A stretch of 64,000 bases of DNA from Blastocladiella emersonii ATCC 22665 (Eukaryota; Fungi; Blastocladiomycota): assembly GCA_025594325.1 (NCBI GenBank), contig JANHCV010000011.1, positions 62,001 through 126,000 on the forward strand, in the 5' to 3' direction. Position 1 is the first letter of the stretch. Every line of letters begins with the position of its first letter. Both the position numbers and the translations under genes were made by a program. Below are positions 1 through 10,835 of the stretch, in pieces. The notes beneath the pieces were generated by a model, which had not been told where the DNA came from, ran no database searches, and saw only the letters and a program-made list of their open reading frames with translations.

Positions 1-1544
1 TCTTGTTGCGTGAACTGTGATATCCACTTGTGATTTGGCTATTTGCAGCTTCAGTCAGTCAATATGGTCGCTAACCAAGTTGGAGACCTGCCTTTGAGCA
101 ATGAGCAATACGTTGCGCGCGCTGATTCATGGCTCTATCTATCGTGAAGCTGGCAGCAAACAAGTAGCATGGCGGCTCTAAGAGCGCCGCCATGTGGCAG
201 ATAGTGGAGCTCAATTACGATGGGCTACATGTGCTCGTAGCAGCAACTCAAGCGCAGCCCCTCTATGACCCCATAGTTGAGCGAAGAAATAACATCCTTC
301 GCAGCTCTCCAAAGTGGCCCATCACGCGTTCCATTTGCTCAATTGCGCCAACTAAAACAAAACCTATGCACTCGATTCAAGTCCAGAAGGTTTGAAGCGT
401 ACCAGTTCAGTGCCGTGGGTGTTTTTCGTTGGTTGAGCGACCATCCCATGCGCACTTGCCAAGGAGCTAACATGACAGCACGCCCAGTACGAGGGCTCAA
501 CAACTTCGCTTACAGCAGGCTCTCATTGTCCTTCAATGTCAGGGCCCGTTTGGTCCAAAAAAGCGTTCTGACGCCACATCACAACAAACCGCCAGAACAA
601 GCTCGTTCCGCTCCAGCCTGTTCTGATCAGAACCGTAACCCAAACGTCACTGCCCTATTTTATTCTCACACTCACTGAGAACGCTCGCTGCGACCCAACA
701 GAAGCGCTCAAGCTACAATATGCCTCAGTATGCCTTTTATCACCTTCATATACTCGGTTTTGTTGCTATCAGCACTTGCATCAGCGGATAGAGCGTGTTC
801 AGCTCAGATACGGACATTGCGCTCAGTCTTGTTCCCATTCTTCACCTCCCCGCCAGAATGGACAAGCGCGCTTCTATCATGATCTTTTATCGCTACTTTG
901 AGGCCTAAACAGCCGAGGTAGTGAGTGTGTATGCGGTTGTTTTGTGGTCAGGGCTCGCATGAACCACGCAGTTGGCGGTTTGCCTTAACGCTTCTCAGCA
1001 CTGACAGTATTACGCAGGGCGCAAACTGCCTTTCAGCTGTGCTGGACGCAACAACGATATACGTCGTTTATGGACGTCGTAGCGCGCTGTCTTTGCCAGG
1101 GACGCTGACCTCCTTGAGCTTGGAGGACGCATCAGGCGTATCATCAATGGAATGATAAGGGCCGTGGCGCGCGTTCCGCTTTTAAGAGTAAACGTAGCGG
1201 TGCTGTAGGTAGCAACGTTAATCATTGCTTTGGTGTTCGAAAGAGTGCTGCGCGGTCTGACGGACGCGGGGGAGCGGGCAAAGCGCAGGGGAGTGCAAGC
1301 GTGTACACAGCAGCCCTCACATAGGCGTGGGAGTAAGTACTTCCCATTTGCATATCTCTAGTCCGCGTTACCTTTCGCCTGACATCATCTCCATCCATGC
1401 GGACGCGACCCTGTTGTAGTTTAGGACCGTCGCTGCACAGCTGACGCCTGTACAAGCGGACGGCGACCTTTGTTCAAGGTGCCAAGGGAGCGCTGGTCCA
1501 GTTGGGTCAATACATTTTATTGTACTTTGCTGCGTAGAGCTGCG

Positions 1545-1586
1545 TTTATATTTATATTTATATTTATATTTATATTTATATTTATA
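1545..1586. repeat. (TTTATA)7 microsatellite (mirror 63299-63340)
   Basis: Seven exact hexamer units read directly. Confidence 0.95.
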
Positions 1587-1845
1587 TTTTTGTGGCAGCT
1601 GGGCCGAGGAAAGTGAACGGAGAGGTGAACGCAAGGTGCGTGCAAGCAGTGGAGCAGTGGTGCTCAGGCTTTTTTCTGAGCAGGCGGCCAAATAGAGGGA
1701 TTAGCGGTGATTTTAATGTGAGATCCCAGTGAGCCTAGTCAAACAAGGCGCTTTCCACTCGGCGATGATTCATGACTGGAGTCTGGGTTGAGCCGAGTCC
1801 ATGTTCCGGGCAGCTTAGCTTCAGCAGTTCACGCATTTAAACAGA

Positions 1846-1917
1846 GGTCCTATAGTGTAGCGGTCATCACACCAGACTCTGAATCTGGTAACCTGAGTTC
1901 GAATCTCAGTAGGACCT
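1846..1917 (+). tRNA. tRNA-Gln(CTG)
   Basis: GGTCCTA/TAGGACC acceptor stem; anticodon arm CCAGA-CTCTGAA-TCTGG; T-loop TTCGAAT. Confidence 0.95.
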
Positions 1918-2300
1918 GACATTTTATTCAGTTTATAGCGTGTTGTTTGCATTTGGAACGATTGCTTTTCACACTCTCTGATGTTTAGCCAGCTAAATAT
2001 TGGCATTTCTTTTCAATTTATTGAGGTGTTTCAGCTCCGTCACTCAATAGAGCAGTGACAAACGTTGCAGGCAGGGACTTGACCTGCAATGCTTCACCAA
2101 CACAGCACTAGGGGGTGTGTGCGTTGCACACTTTGTCTCAGCAGTAGGTGAGTAGGCTGGGCGAGTCAGTGGTCCGGCTAGAACGTCAGATAGGCGAGGC
2201 CGGCGGTGATCCTCTCAGAAGTAATTTGCGACCTAGCGCAACCGCCTGCACTATCACCCCTTAGCCTCCATGTACCTCATCGCATCCAACCAACGCCGCC

Positions 2301-3300
2301 ATGGGCCCGCGCCGCTCGGTGACTTCCACGGTACGCGTCTCTCGCCTTCTCCGCACCTTGTACTCCCTTGCGATGTGCATCCACAGTCACACCTCAACTC
2401 CGCCAACACGCCCTGCACACGTTGACAGGACTTGCGCCCGCCGCTCTCAAGGGTCACGCCGCATTCCCACGCCTTCAGCGCCAGCTGTCCGTTCGCTCAC
2501 TGACGTGCCCCACGCCACGACCGCTTTGCCCTGCTTTCTAGCCTTCAAAAAGCACCTCAAGCTGAAGCAGCGCTTGTGGGGGTCCGCGGCAACGTGTTTG
2601 CGTCAATACTGACCAAGATCGCGACATGGTACGCGGTGTGCAACTCGGCCCTCACAAGCCAAGACTAACATGTTTGCTGACACCATGACTAGCGCGCCGA
2701 GTACGCCATGTCGCAGTGACAAGGGTTGCGCCGTTGCCCTTCGCATTGACTCGCTCACAACGCGCTCAAGTCCACACGGTACGGTTCTTCTCCTTTGCGT
2801 TCTTGGCGCGACTCGCGCTGCGTGCAGGCACCGCCGAGCTTCAAGCTCCCAAGCAGTCTTGCACGTGTTGTTGGCCCGGGTCTCGGGGACGTGGCTTGCG
2901 TGCTAGCGTCAATTGGACTCTTCGCCTGACTCATCGCTCACTTGTCTCCGCCCCATCGCCCATAGCCTCACTTTACTGCAACAAGCTGCTGCTGCCCTCG
3001 CCCATCAACTGGTCAGCGTTACCCTCAAGCACACAGTACTTGTTCATGGCCAAGGTATGCGACTCAGCCTCACCCATCACGGTCTCCAACTTACGCAGAT
3101 GGTTCCCTCCTGTCTAGTACAATCGAGAGCAACGTCACAAACCAATCGTTGAGGCCAATGTTGCCAACTGAGCCAGCTGCGGGTGTGAGGACGGGTCCAA
3201 GGTGCACTCGAGGCGTCATGGTACTTGTTCTTGCCTTGCTGCTGACTGACTTTGCGCTCGCAATGATCTCTCCTCGCATCGTAGGCCATATGCGGCAAGA
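2301..3300 (+). pseudogene. Degenerate multi-intron gene of unknown function (mirror 61585-62584, -)
   Basis: Series of intron-like segments: 2331-2386 (GTACGC..CAG), 2487-2541 (GTCCGT..TAG), 2629-2692 (GTACGC..CTAAC/CTGAC..TAG), with further GTACGG..CAG. Exons look codon-biased but contain stops. The reading frame is uncertain. Confidence 0.45.
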
Positions 3301-3348
3301 TCCCGCTTGATCGTCATCAAGCTGGCCGCAAGGATCACTGCCACTGGT

Positions 3349-3392
3349 TTTCCTCCCTCATCCTCCCTCATCCTCCGTCATCCTCCCTCATC
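3349..3392. repeat. Short tandem repeat of ~TCCTCCCTCA x4
   Basis: tcctccctca tcctccctca tcctccgtca tcctccctca read directly. Confidence 0.8.
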
Positions 3393-3439
3393 TTCTTACC
3401 CGCCAGCTGTTTACCTGTGTCGCTCTCGGTTCGCAGATA

Positions 3440-3737
3440 GATCGCGTGGTTTGAGCCCTGGGATCATCAATGGACCGCGACCTGGATCTGGATATATTGA
3501 GCCGTGAGCAACACCTTGATCCCTGGCGTGATCCACGCTGAGACAAAGTGAATCCACTGCACGATCAAGCTGGAGATCCACATTGACCAACAGCTTGATC
3601 CACATGAGAGGTCCGTGCAGTTTGTGGGTGGATCGAACTCGCCCAAGCTGGATCCACGCTTGATCCAGAAGAGTAATATTGCGATCCACATCCCCCCGAG
3701 GTCCATGCAGTCCACGGCTGGATCCAGGGTGGATCCA
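3440..3737. repeat. Cluster of GATC/GATCCA motifs (mirror ~61148-61445)
   Basis: 14 GATC sites in ~300 bp, 8 of them as GATCCA. Confidence 0.85.
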
Positions 3738-3767
3738 CTTCAAATGGCTGGGGCACGGTTTGGTGAT

Positions 3768-4008
3768 GCACTCTGTTCTCGCTCCCTGCTGTTCAACCAC
3801 ATACATCCTTGTTTGCTAGTCATTGTGTATTCGGCCCTCTCTGGGCGCTCCGTTACACTTTGAACAGCCTACCTGGTCAGTTTGCACCATGAGCTACTAG
3901 AACAAGGATGTATGTGGTTGAACAGCAGGGAGCGAGAACAGAGTGCGAGCGAGTGGCGGCTCAACAATCCAAGACGTCACGGCGCACATGCAGAACGCGC
4001 ACGTGACA
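3768..4008. mobile_element. Rearranged (fold-back) LTR relic of the chromovirus family (mirror 60877-61117)
   Basis: 3768-3857 is the LTR 3' part, followed by the PBS and the gag start ATGAGCTAC (+). 3896-4008 is the LTR 5' part on the - strand, ending at TGTCACG. Confidence 0.9.
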
Positions 4009-4314
4009 GAAGCGAAGTGGCGCAACGCGACATGGGGAGTGATGTCATCAGTGAAAAGTGTGACTGTAACGTGACGAAACGAGAGCTTCAAGGTCGCAGC
4101 GCCTATGGCTTGGGCAAAGCCCCGCTTTCCAAGTTGTCCTATTTCTGCAACAAAGTACATGGCAGCCGCTGCCACAGTGTCCCATTTTCAGAGTTGGCGT
4201 CGATAGGAGATAGACAGATATTATCGCACAAAAAAGGTGTTTAAATGTGACGCTTTGTTGCCCCACTTTGACATATGAACAAAAAGTCCGTAGTCTCCAA
4301 TAAGAGTTACATCA

Positions 4315-4387
4315 TGTCACTGCCCAGGATCGAACTGGGGACCGCCTGTGTGTGAGACAGGCGTGATAACCACTACACCACGGTGAC
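4315..4387 (-). tRNA. tRNA-Val(CAC)
   Basis: GTCACCG/CAGTGAC acceptor (one mismatch); anticodon arm CCTGT-CTCACAC-ACAGG; GTTCGATCC B box. Confidence 0.92.
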
Positions 4388-5135
4388 ATTAAGGAACGCT
4401 AGCAAGGTTAATATATGACTACCTGTTGTGATGCTCTTGCTGGCCAAAATGAGAGCGCGCAGCCAAAACGAGCAACTCAATTTACTCAGCTGTTATTTCA
4501 TGATTCGCAGTGTGGTGGGGGGAGTATCCTGAGGTGTTTAAGAACTTGGCACACCGTGTGGGCTTTGGTTCAAATTGCAGACACGCCAGCCGTTATTTGT
4601 GTGCACTAAACGCTGTGTAGCGCTTGCTAAGGGTCTGGGCCTTTGAGTGGTTCTCTATGACGCACGTAGCTCCCCCAGTAGCCCCAGCTACAACAAGAGG
4701 CAGCCCACTGTAGCCTGGTGAGCCTTGTCAAACAAAGCCCTTTCTGCACTCCAATGCCAGCAGCGCGGGCCAGCCATAGGGGGTTGCCAGTGCTGTGTAT
4801 GGGCAGTGGCGCGCTGCATACCGTATCTTGTATGGCTAAAAATATGCTTGGTGCCAAGATCCGCATTGAAAAATGGAGTGATTGCAATTCCTACAATGCA
4901 ACAAGTTATTGACGATGGATTTCCCACCATAGATGACGCGCCTGAAACCCGCTTTGCCCAAATGCAGATCTTTAGCCCATAGACGCCGGCCGGAAGGGCC
5001 ATCTGTGGCCCCGACTTAGCTTCTTGAAACGGGCGCCGCCGCACAGCGCAAAACTCACCTCAGCCCCAGCTCAATTTTTCAATTTTTCATTTCACCTCGC
5101 TCGCGCTCACTGCTGTTCCCCTCTCCCCGCCAAAA

Positions 5136-5446
5136 ATGTCGACATGTAATTCTGCTCACTACAACGTCCATGACTCTATGAAATCTCATGAACGTACTCT
5201 GCTTGATATGTAGACGTACCACACACGTGCGGAGGCATGTGCAAAAGCACAGACTTCGAGGTGAGCGTCCGCTACATGCAGGACAACGACTTCTACGACA
5301 CCAACAAGGAGCGCCGCTTCGAGCTATACCAGCTAGCGGCCCAGCTGCTTGGGTATCGCAGCTGCACGCCGCTTCCCCTGTGCCTCGAGCTCTACGTCAA
5401 GCATCTGTTCCCTGACAACCACTACGTCGGTTTCGTCCCGCGCTAG
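5136..5446 (+). CDS. Small spliced gene (80 aa) inside piggyBac, P2X7-ballast-like motif
   Basis: Exon 1 5136-5145 ATGTCGACAT, intron 5146-5213 (GTAATT..TAG) and exon 2 5214-5446 join in frame: MSTYVPHTCGGMCKSTDFEV...ERRFELYQLAAQLLGYRSCTPLPLCLELYVKHLFPDNHYVGFVPR*. Strong C/G3 codon bias. The family call comes from remembered consensus only. Confidence 0.7.
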
Positions 5447-5491
5447 CCATACACCGTTTGCATGGATACAGCTCAACTACTTGCAGTTATA

Positions 5492-7977
5492 TTACCCTCG
5501 AAAATGGCTTAGAGTTCCCTGGTGAGCGATGAGAAAGCACGCCTCGCAGTAGTACAGGTTGCACGGCATGCACACATGATACAAGCGCACGCAGCTCAAG
5601 TGGTTTTGCGTGCCAAACTCACGCTTTTTCGTACCCTGCATCTTGTACACGGTCTTGCCCGCGTCGTTGGCGAGGAAGTTGCCGTTGCAGAGGAAGCAGG
5701 AGCGGCGGTGCGCGGTCTTGACTGGAGCGTGGGCCAGGAAAGTGCAGGCAAGCGCCTTCACAAGCCGCTTGTACGCCGCCCTGTTGGCCGCGCGGATGAC
5801 GACTTGTGTGAGACCCGCTTCGGGGAGAAGCACGCTGCTCGGCCGCGTGTTGCTGGAGGCCAAGGTGAACTTGACGCCGCTGCCCATGAACTGGGGCACC
5901 TTGCCGTCTGCGAGGCTCGCCTCAAGCAACAGTAACGTCAGCTGCAGCATGAGCTGTTCGAGGAATTTGAAATGGCTGAGCGGCGGGTCCTGGCCATTGG
6001 TGCACAACTGCTTCCAGCGCTTGCGGTACAGGATGTACGCGTTGGTGAGCATTGTGTCGAGCGCGAAGTGGAACATGGCCTTCCACCACTTGACTGACTT
6101 GAAGTGGCGCTGGTAGTACAAGCGCAGCTGGTCCTGGCGGTCAACGCCGCCCACCCGCGCGTTGTAGTCAACAACAAGCTGGTGGGCGCAGAGAGCGACG
6201 CGCTCCTTCTTGCCCTGGCGCACGATCTTGACACAGTCGTTGGGAGTGTGGCGGGTGGAGATAAACGAGATGGACTGGTTGTCCATCCAGGACAGCGCGA
6301 GAATGGAGCCCTGCACACCGGCGGTTGTGTACGTGGCCTTGCACGCCTTGAGCGTGCCGCGTGGCGCCTTGCCATTGATCTTGAGCGCCTCGTCGGGGAA
6401 GCCCTTGCAGTTGGACTGCGCCGTACCGACAACGTATGTGCGCGCGTCAAGCAGCTTGATGGCGAGCGCCGGCGAGATGAAGAAGTTGTTGCACACAACG
6501 GTGTGGTACTTGCCGAGGCAACCAGCGCCGTCCACGAGCGAGTAGACGACGTTGCTCCCAAGCCCAAGGCCTGGCCAGTCGCGCTGCTTGTTCTTGCCCG
6601 TGTACAGCTAGGTAACCCATCTTGGGGCACGCAAGGGCCCGCACCTTGAGACCCCACTTGATGGGCTTCGCGGGGAGGTACTGGATCAGCGTTGTGCGAC
6701 CACAGAACGAGACCAGCACCTTGTCAACGGACAGAAACTCGCCAATCTTGAAGACAGCGCGCAGCGCCTTGTTGACGTAGAGCATGAACTTGACAATCTT
6801 GAACTCGCGGCGCTCAAACGCGGGTGCGTTGGGGCCGGGTGCACTCTTGTTGTTGCACAGGTGCAGGTTGGCAAGGATGAACTTGAAGCGGTCGCGCGAC
6901 ATGACTGTGGCGAACCACGGCATAGACGTAGGCGAGTCCATGGCCCAGTACTGCTGCACGTTGTTCTTCTGGACCGAGTTCATGCCGATCTTGATGGCGA
7001 TCCAGCGCAGCATCTTGTGCTGCGTGACGGGCTCAAACTCAGCGTGACAAAGAGATGCGTATAGATTGGTCTCTTCACACATGATGCACAGCGCCATCCT
7101 GCCAAGCGTCGTGTTGTTGAAGATGAAGAGGAAGCAGTTGATTGGGGTAATGAGCTCAGGGTCCTTGGCGGGCATGGTTGTGGGTTGCGGCGGCTTGCCA
7201 ATGTACAGCCGGCAAGGGGCGTCTGCTGCAGGAGGTGCGCCGTTGCCAGCCGTTGCTGTGGAGGGCGTTGGCTTGCCAAGGGACAAGTCAAAGTTGGGGC
7301 CCTCGTTGTTGCGGACTGGCGCGGCTGGATTGTCAAAGGTCAGGACGCGCCACTTGAGGACGAGCTTAGGGTTGTCACCGAGGACAAATTTGAGCCACCT
7401 GCGCTACTCTTCTTGCCCGTTGCCTTGGCCATCATCTTGGGCGCAGGCATGGGCGCAGGCGCTGGTGCTGGCGCCTGCTCAGCTTCTACGTGACTCGGTT
7501 CGAGTGAGTGTGGAGCGATGGGGCGTAGAACAGTATGAGCAACGGACGTTGTTTGTGTTTGTCCTCCTTGTCAGAATCGTCCGCAAGCTTGCACATGAAC
7601 TCACCGTTGCTTGACTTGGCCACGTCGCTGGCTTCCAGATCCTCAAACGCCACCGCATCCACCTCATCAGCGGACGACTCTGCGTTGAGGTCGTTGTCGC
7701 CAGCGCCGTCTGAGTCAGAAGGGACAGCAGCGCGGGCGGGTTTACGTTGAGCGGCGGCGGTTGCAGGAGCGGGAGCACATTGAGCAGCGGCAGGGGGCTT
7801 AGGTTGTGCATTGACGCGGCGGCGCTTGTTGCTTGCCAACGGCGTGGTAGGAGCAGAGTCGGATGGCAAAGGTGTTGGTGCAGAGCGCTTGGCAACGCGG
7901 GCCAACGCCCGAGTTGAAGGCAAGGGCGCGTCTGCGGCGGCCGCGCGCTGAGGCGGGCTCTTCTTTCTTGATCCCAT
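5492..7977 (-). pseudogene. piggyBac transposase, frameshifted
   Basis: Motifs MSRDRF, FLSVD(K)VL..FCGR, KPIKWGLKV, YTGK (shifted frame), C(N)NFF (D to N), YNARVGGVDRQDQ and a C-terminal Cys/His cluster CFLC..C..YHVCMPCNLYYCEACF..H. Frameshift near 6605. Probable 62-nt intron at 7486-7547 (GTCCGT..CTCAC..TAG). Confidence 0.88.
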
Positions 7978-9418
7978 GTGAAGTGTCTAGCGTCTAAGAT
8001 GGCCCAGGAGACCGTTCTGCAACGGGAGAGCGGGAACGAAGGGAGGCACAGCAGCGGCAAGGCGGCGGGCAGCGGAGTGGGGCCGGGGCCAACTTTGGCC
8101 CCGCCACCCAGAACGCCAACCACTGCGGTTTTCGGCCATTTTCTCGCTCCCCATGCAAGCCACAAGCCTCGTCTTATGCATATCGGATTGAGCGTCTCTG
8201 GGCGCACACGTGAAGCTCAGTCGCGTTGCGGTGTCTCGCACCTGGCTGGAGAACGGCGGGACTTTGTCTCCCAAACGCGCGAACGAGAGCGTCCGACCCC
8301 CTCTCAACACATCAGTTCTAATCAATATAGCTCGTAACTTCACATAATGGTAGAAGGTAATGTAGGGTTCCGCCAGTTAAAGTTTGAGGCAAATCCATGA
8401 AAAGGTGTTGTCATAATGGGCGTTCGCGCCAAGTTCATAACTTTGGCGGCTCCTCACAGCCCAATGACTGGGCGTCGCGCCGCGCCAAAATTACCGGGTA
8501 CTCGTAGATTCAATAGCTAGAAATCCGCTGAGCGAAGATTCGAGAGTGCATTGTAAAAAGTGGTGGAGATATGGGGGTGGTGGTTTGGGGCCAATATTGG
8601 CCCCTCGTCGTCTATGGGTTAACCTGCTCTCCCGCCATGGAGCGCACCCACCTCCTCATGGTGTGAGTGCACAATGGCAAACAAGAAAAAAAAAATGATT
8701 TGTGGTGTGGTGAAGAGAATGCGCCAATTGGTGATTCTATTACTGATCCAGACTACATGACGCATGTGTCTGGATCTCCTTCATTTTCTTTAGACTGGCT
8801 GAGTGAGTTTCTCTCTCTTGTGTTTGGCACTGTTCCACAAATTTAATGAGTCCTCAATTGTCTCGGCCCCATAAACTCTCAGCTCCTCTAAAATGTGTTG
8901 ATTGACGCTCAGCTACTTGGTACACTCCTGCCTTGTGCTCATCTGGAACGCAGCACCATCCACTGCCAATTCTGCCTGCACTGCCGCAGAGTTGCCAATC
9001 CCCCTTCCTGGCCCATCCTCCCCTTGATTTTATTCCTTCTCTACAGAGCAATGACAATGAATGTACGCATGGAGTGAGATGATAAGGGTCATTAGAGAAG
9101 TTGCGGAAGTCGTGGTCCCCAACTTGAGGAGCTGAACGGGAGTGGCTTGAAAATCTCACCGCAATGCACAGCGGACGGGCTGAAAGTGATTGTCCCCGAC
9201 TTGCGACCATCGGAAAAGCGAGGGTCCAAAGTGAGGGTCCCCGACTTGAAACCTGTGGTTTAGCTTGGTTCCCGCTGGTTTTGTGAGGCGAGGGGCGACG
9301 CTGCGGCTGGAGCACGCCGCGCCGACCTCCTCCCCTCTTCAAGGTTCCGCCTACAAAAGCCAGACGTGCCCCGCTCTCCGTCTCCTCTCTCACCACCGCC
9401 CAACGTCCCTCGTTCGCC

Positions 9419-10457
9419 ATGACTACTACGCAGGCCGCAGCCCCGACGCCCAACAAGCGCCGCCGCCGCGGCGTTCCTGCAACTGCCACCGCGCCCAACG
9501 AGGCGCCTGTCCTGCAGGCGCCAACCACGGCCACGGCCACGGCCGCGCCCAAGAAGTCGACGGCCACCAGGGTGCAGGGCAAGTTCCCGCACATCGCCGC
9601 GCAGTCGCACAAGGAGCGCGTCATCCTGCGCGCCGCCATCGACCACATCAAGCAGCTCCCACGCAACAAGGAGATCGTCAAGGTCCAGGTTGTGTGTGCC
9701 GTCAACAAGGCCATGGGCCGGACGGCACCAACAACGGCATCACGAAGAAGGTGACCCAGAAAACGCTGATCAACAACGTGTACGCCGTCCTCAACGGCGC
9801 CCAGCTGCGCGCCAATGCCAACAAGGCGCGGGTCGGCGAGAGCGGGGCTGCCTCGGACATCCTCACTGCGAATGATGTACGTTATTTCGGCTCCGCCAAG
9901 GTCGCCGCTCTCACTGACGTGCAACGCAACGCGTAGCGCCTCGCATTCGAGCTGCGCGGCGCCATCGCCGCGGCCAAGGCCAACTACAAGGAGTACAAGA
10001 AGGAGGTCGCGGCCAAGAAGCAGACCAAGGACGCCGCCGGCCTTGAGGCGCAGCGTCTCTCCTACGTGCGTTTCCTCCCTCGCCTCGCCTTGGCATGCCC
10101 ACGACTGACAACGAAACGGTACGTCGCTAGCTCACGCGCAAGGAGGTGGACGAGGCCATCGCTGCTTCGCCCCGCCACAACGCCCTTGACCTCGCGCCCC
10201 GCCCGAACCAGTCGCTTGTGCTGACGCCCGCCGGCCACGACTTCTTCTCGTACGGCGCTGTCCCCGCTGTTCCCGCAACGCCTCGTATGGGCGTTGTGTC
10301 GCCCGACCTCGCGACGCCCGCCGCCGCCATGCACGGCGGTATGGGCGCCAACTTTGACCAGCAGCTCAACTGGGCCATGGGCACCGCAGTGTCGCTCATC
10401 AACGAGGTGGCGCAGCGCGTCCGCTCGCGCAACAGCCAGAACGGCCGCCGCGAGTAA
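9419..10457 (+). pseudogene. Second (putative Myb/SANT-like DNA-binding) gene of the Harbinger-type element (mirror 54428-55466, -)
   Basis: ATG at 9419, frameshift near 9717, TAG at 9934-9936. Intron 10066-10130 (GTGCGT..CTGAC..TAG) joins SY to LTRKEVDEA in frame. The Myb-like role is inferred from PIF/Harbinger organisation. Confidence 0.7.
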
Positions 10458-10835
10458 GGCGAGCACAAACGCGCGGCGCCCCCTTCCATTTTTCCACCGC
10501 CTCATTTGTGACCTTCATTCCCTCCCCGTGTACCCTGCATACCAGTATACGCGATTCCCTTTTGTCAGATTATGCTTTCTCACCACAGCTCTCGCCAGGT
10601 AAGTCAAAGGTGAGCCGTGTCTCGCGTGCCTTGCACCACACGTGGCTGATCATCGCGACGCGTCTTCACGCGTTTTTCGCGCGTCTTCTCCGCCGAGCGT
10701 CATCACGCTCCGCGTTGTTCGAGGTCGCCCTGAGTGCTCATGACTGGAGGGACACGCCTTCTCGATCTGGGCGAGCGTGAGCTATTCAGAACCAAATTTA
10801 TGCAAGAGTGACATGAACAAAACCAACGCGCTCCT

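Larger units (their letters stand above)
4976..8618 (-). mobile_element. piggyBac DNA transposon, 3643 bp
   Basis: 10-bp TIRs CCCATAGACG/CGTCTATGGG; flanks TTAG (4972-4975) and TTAA (8619-8622); internal transposase. Confidence 0.9.

Noticed and set aside
925-1225. Possible LINE RT remnant (QRPWQRQRATTSINDV)
   Set aside because: Only a vague resemblance to the RT GFR..RST motif, with no other domains nearby.
8745-8776. Hairpin GATCCAGAC-T-ACATG-ACG-CATGT-GTCTGGATC
   Set aside because: Isolated, outside both elements and with no supporting context.
8854-9924. 356-aa antisense ORF (and mirror)
   Set aside because: Antisense shadow of the Harbinger second gene that runs across the TIR into flanking DNA.
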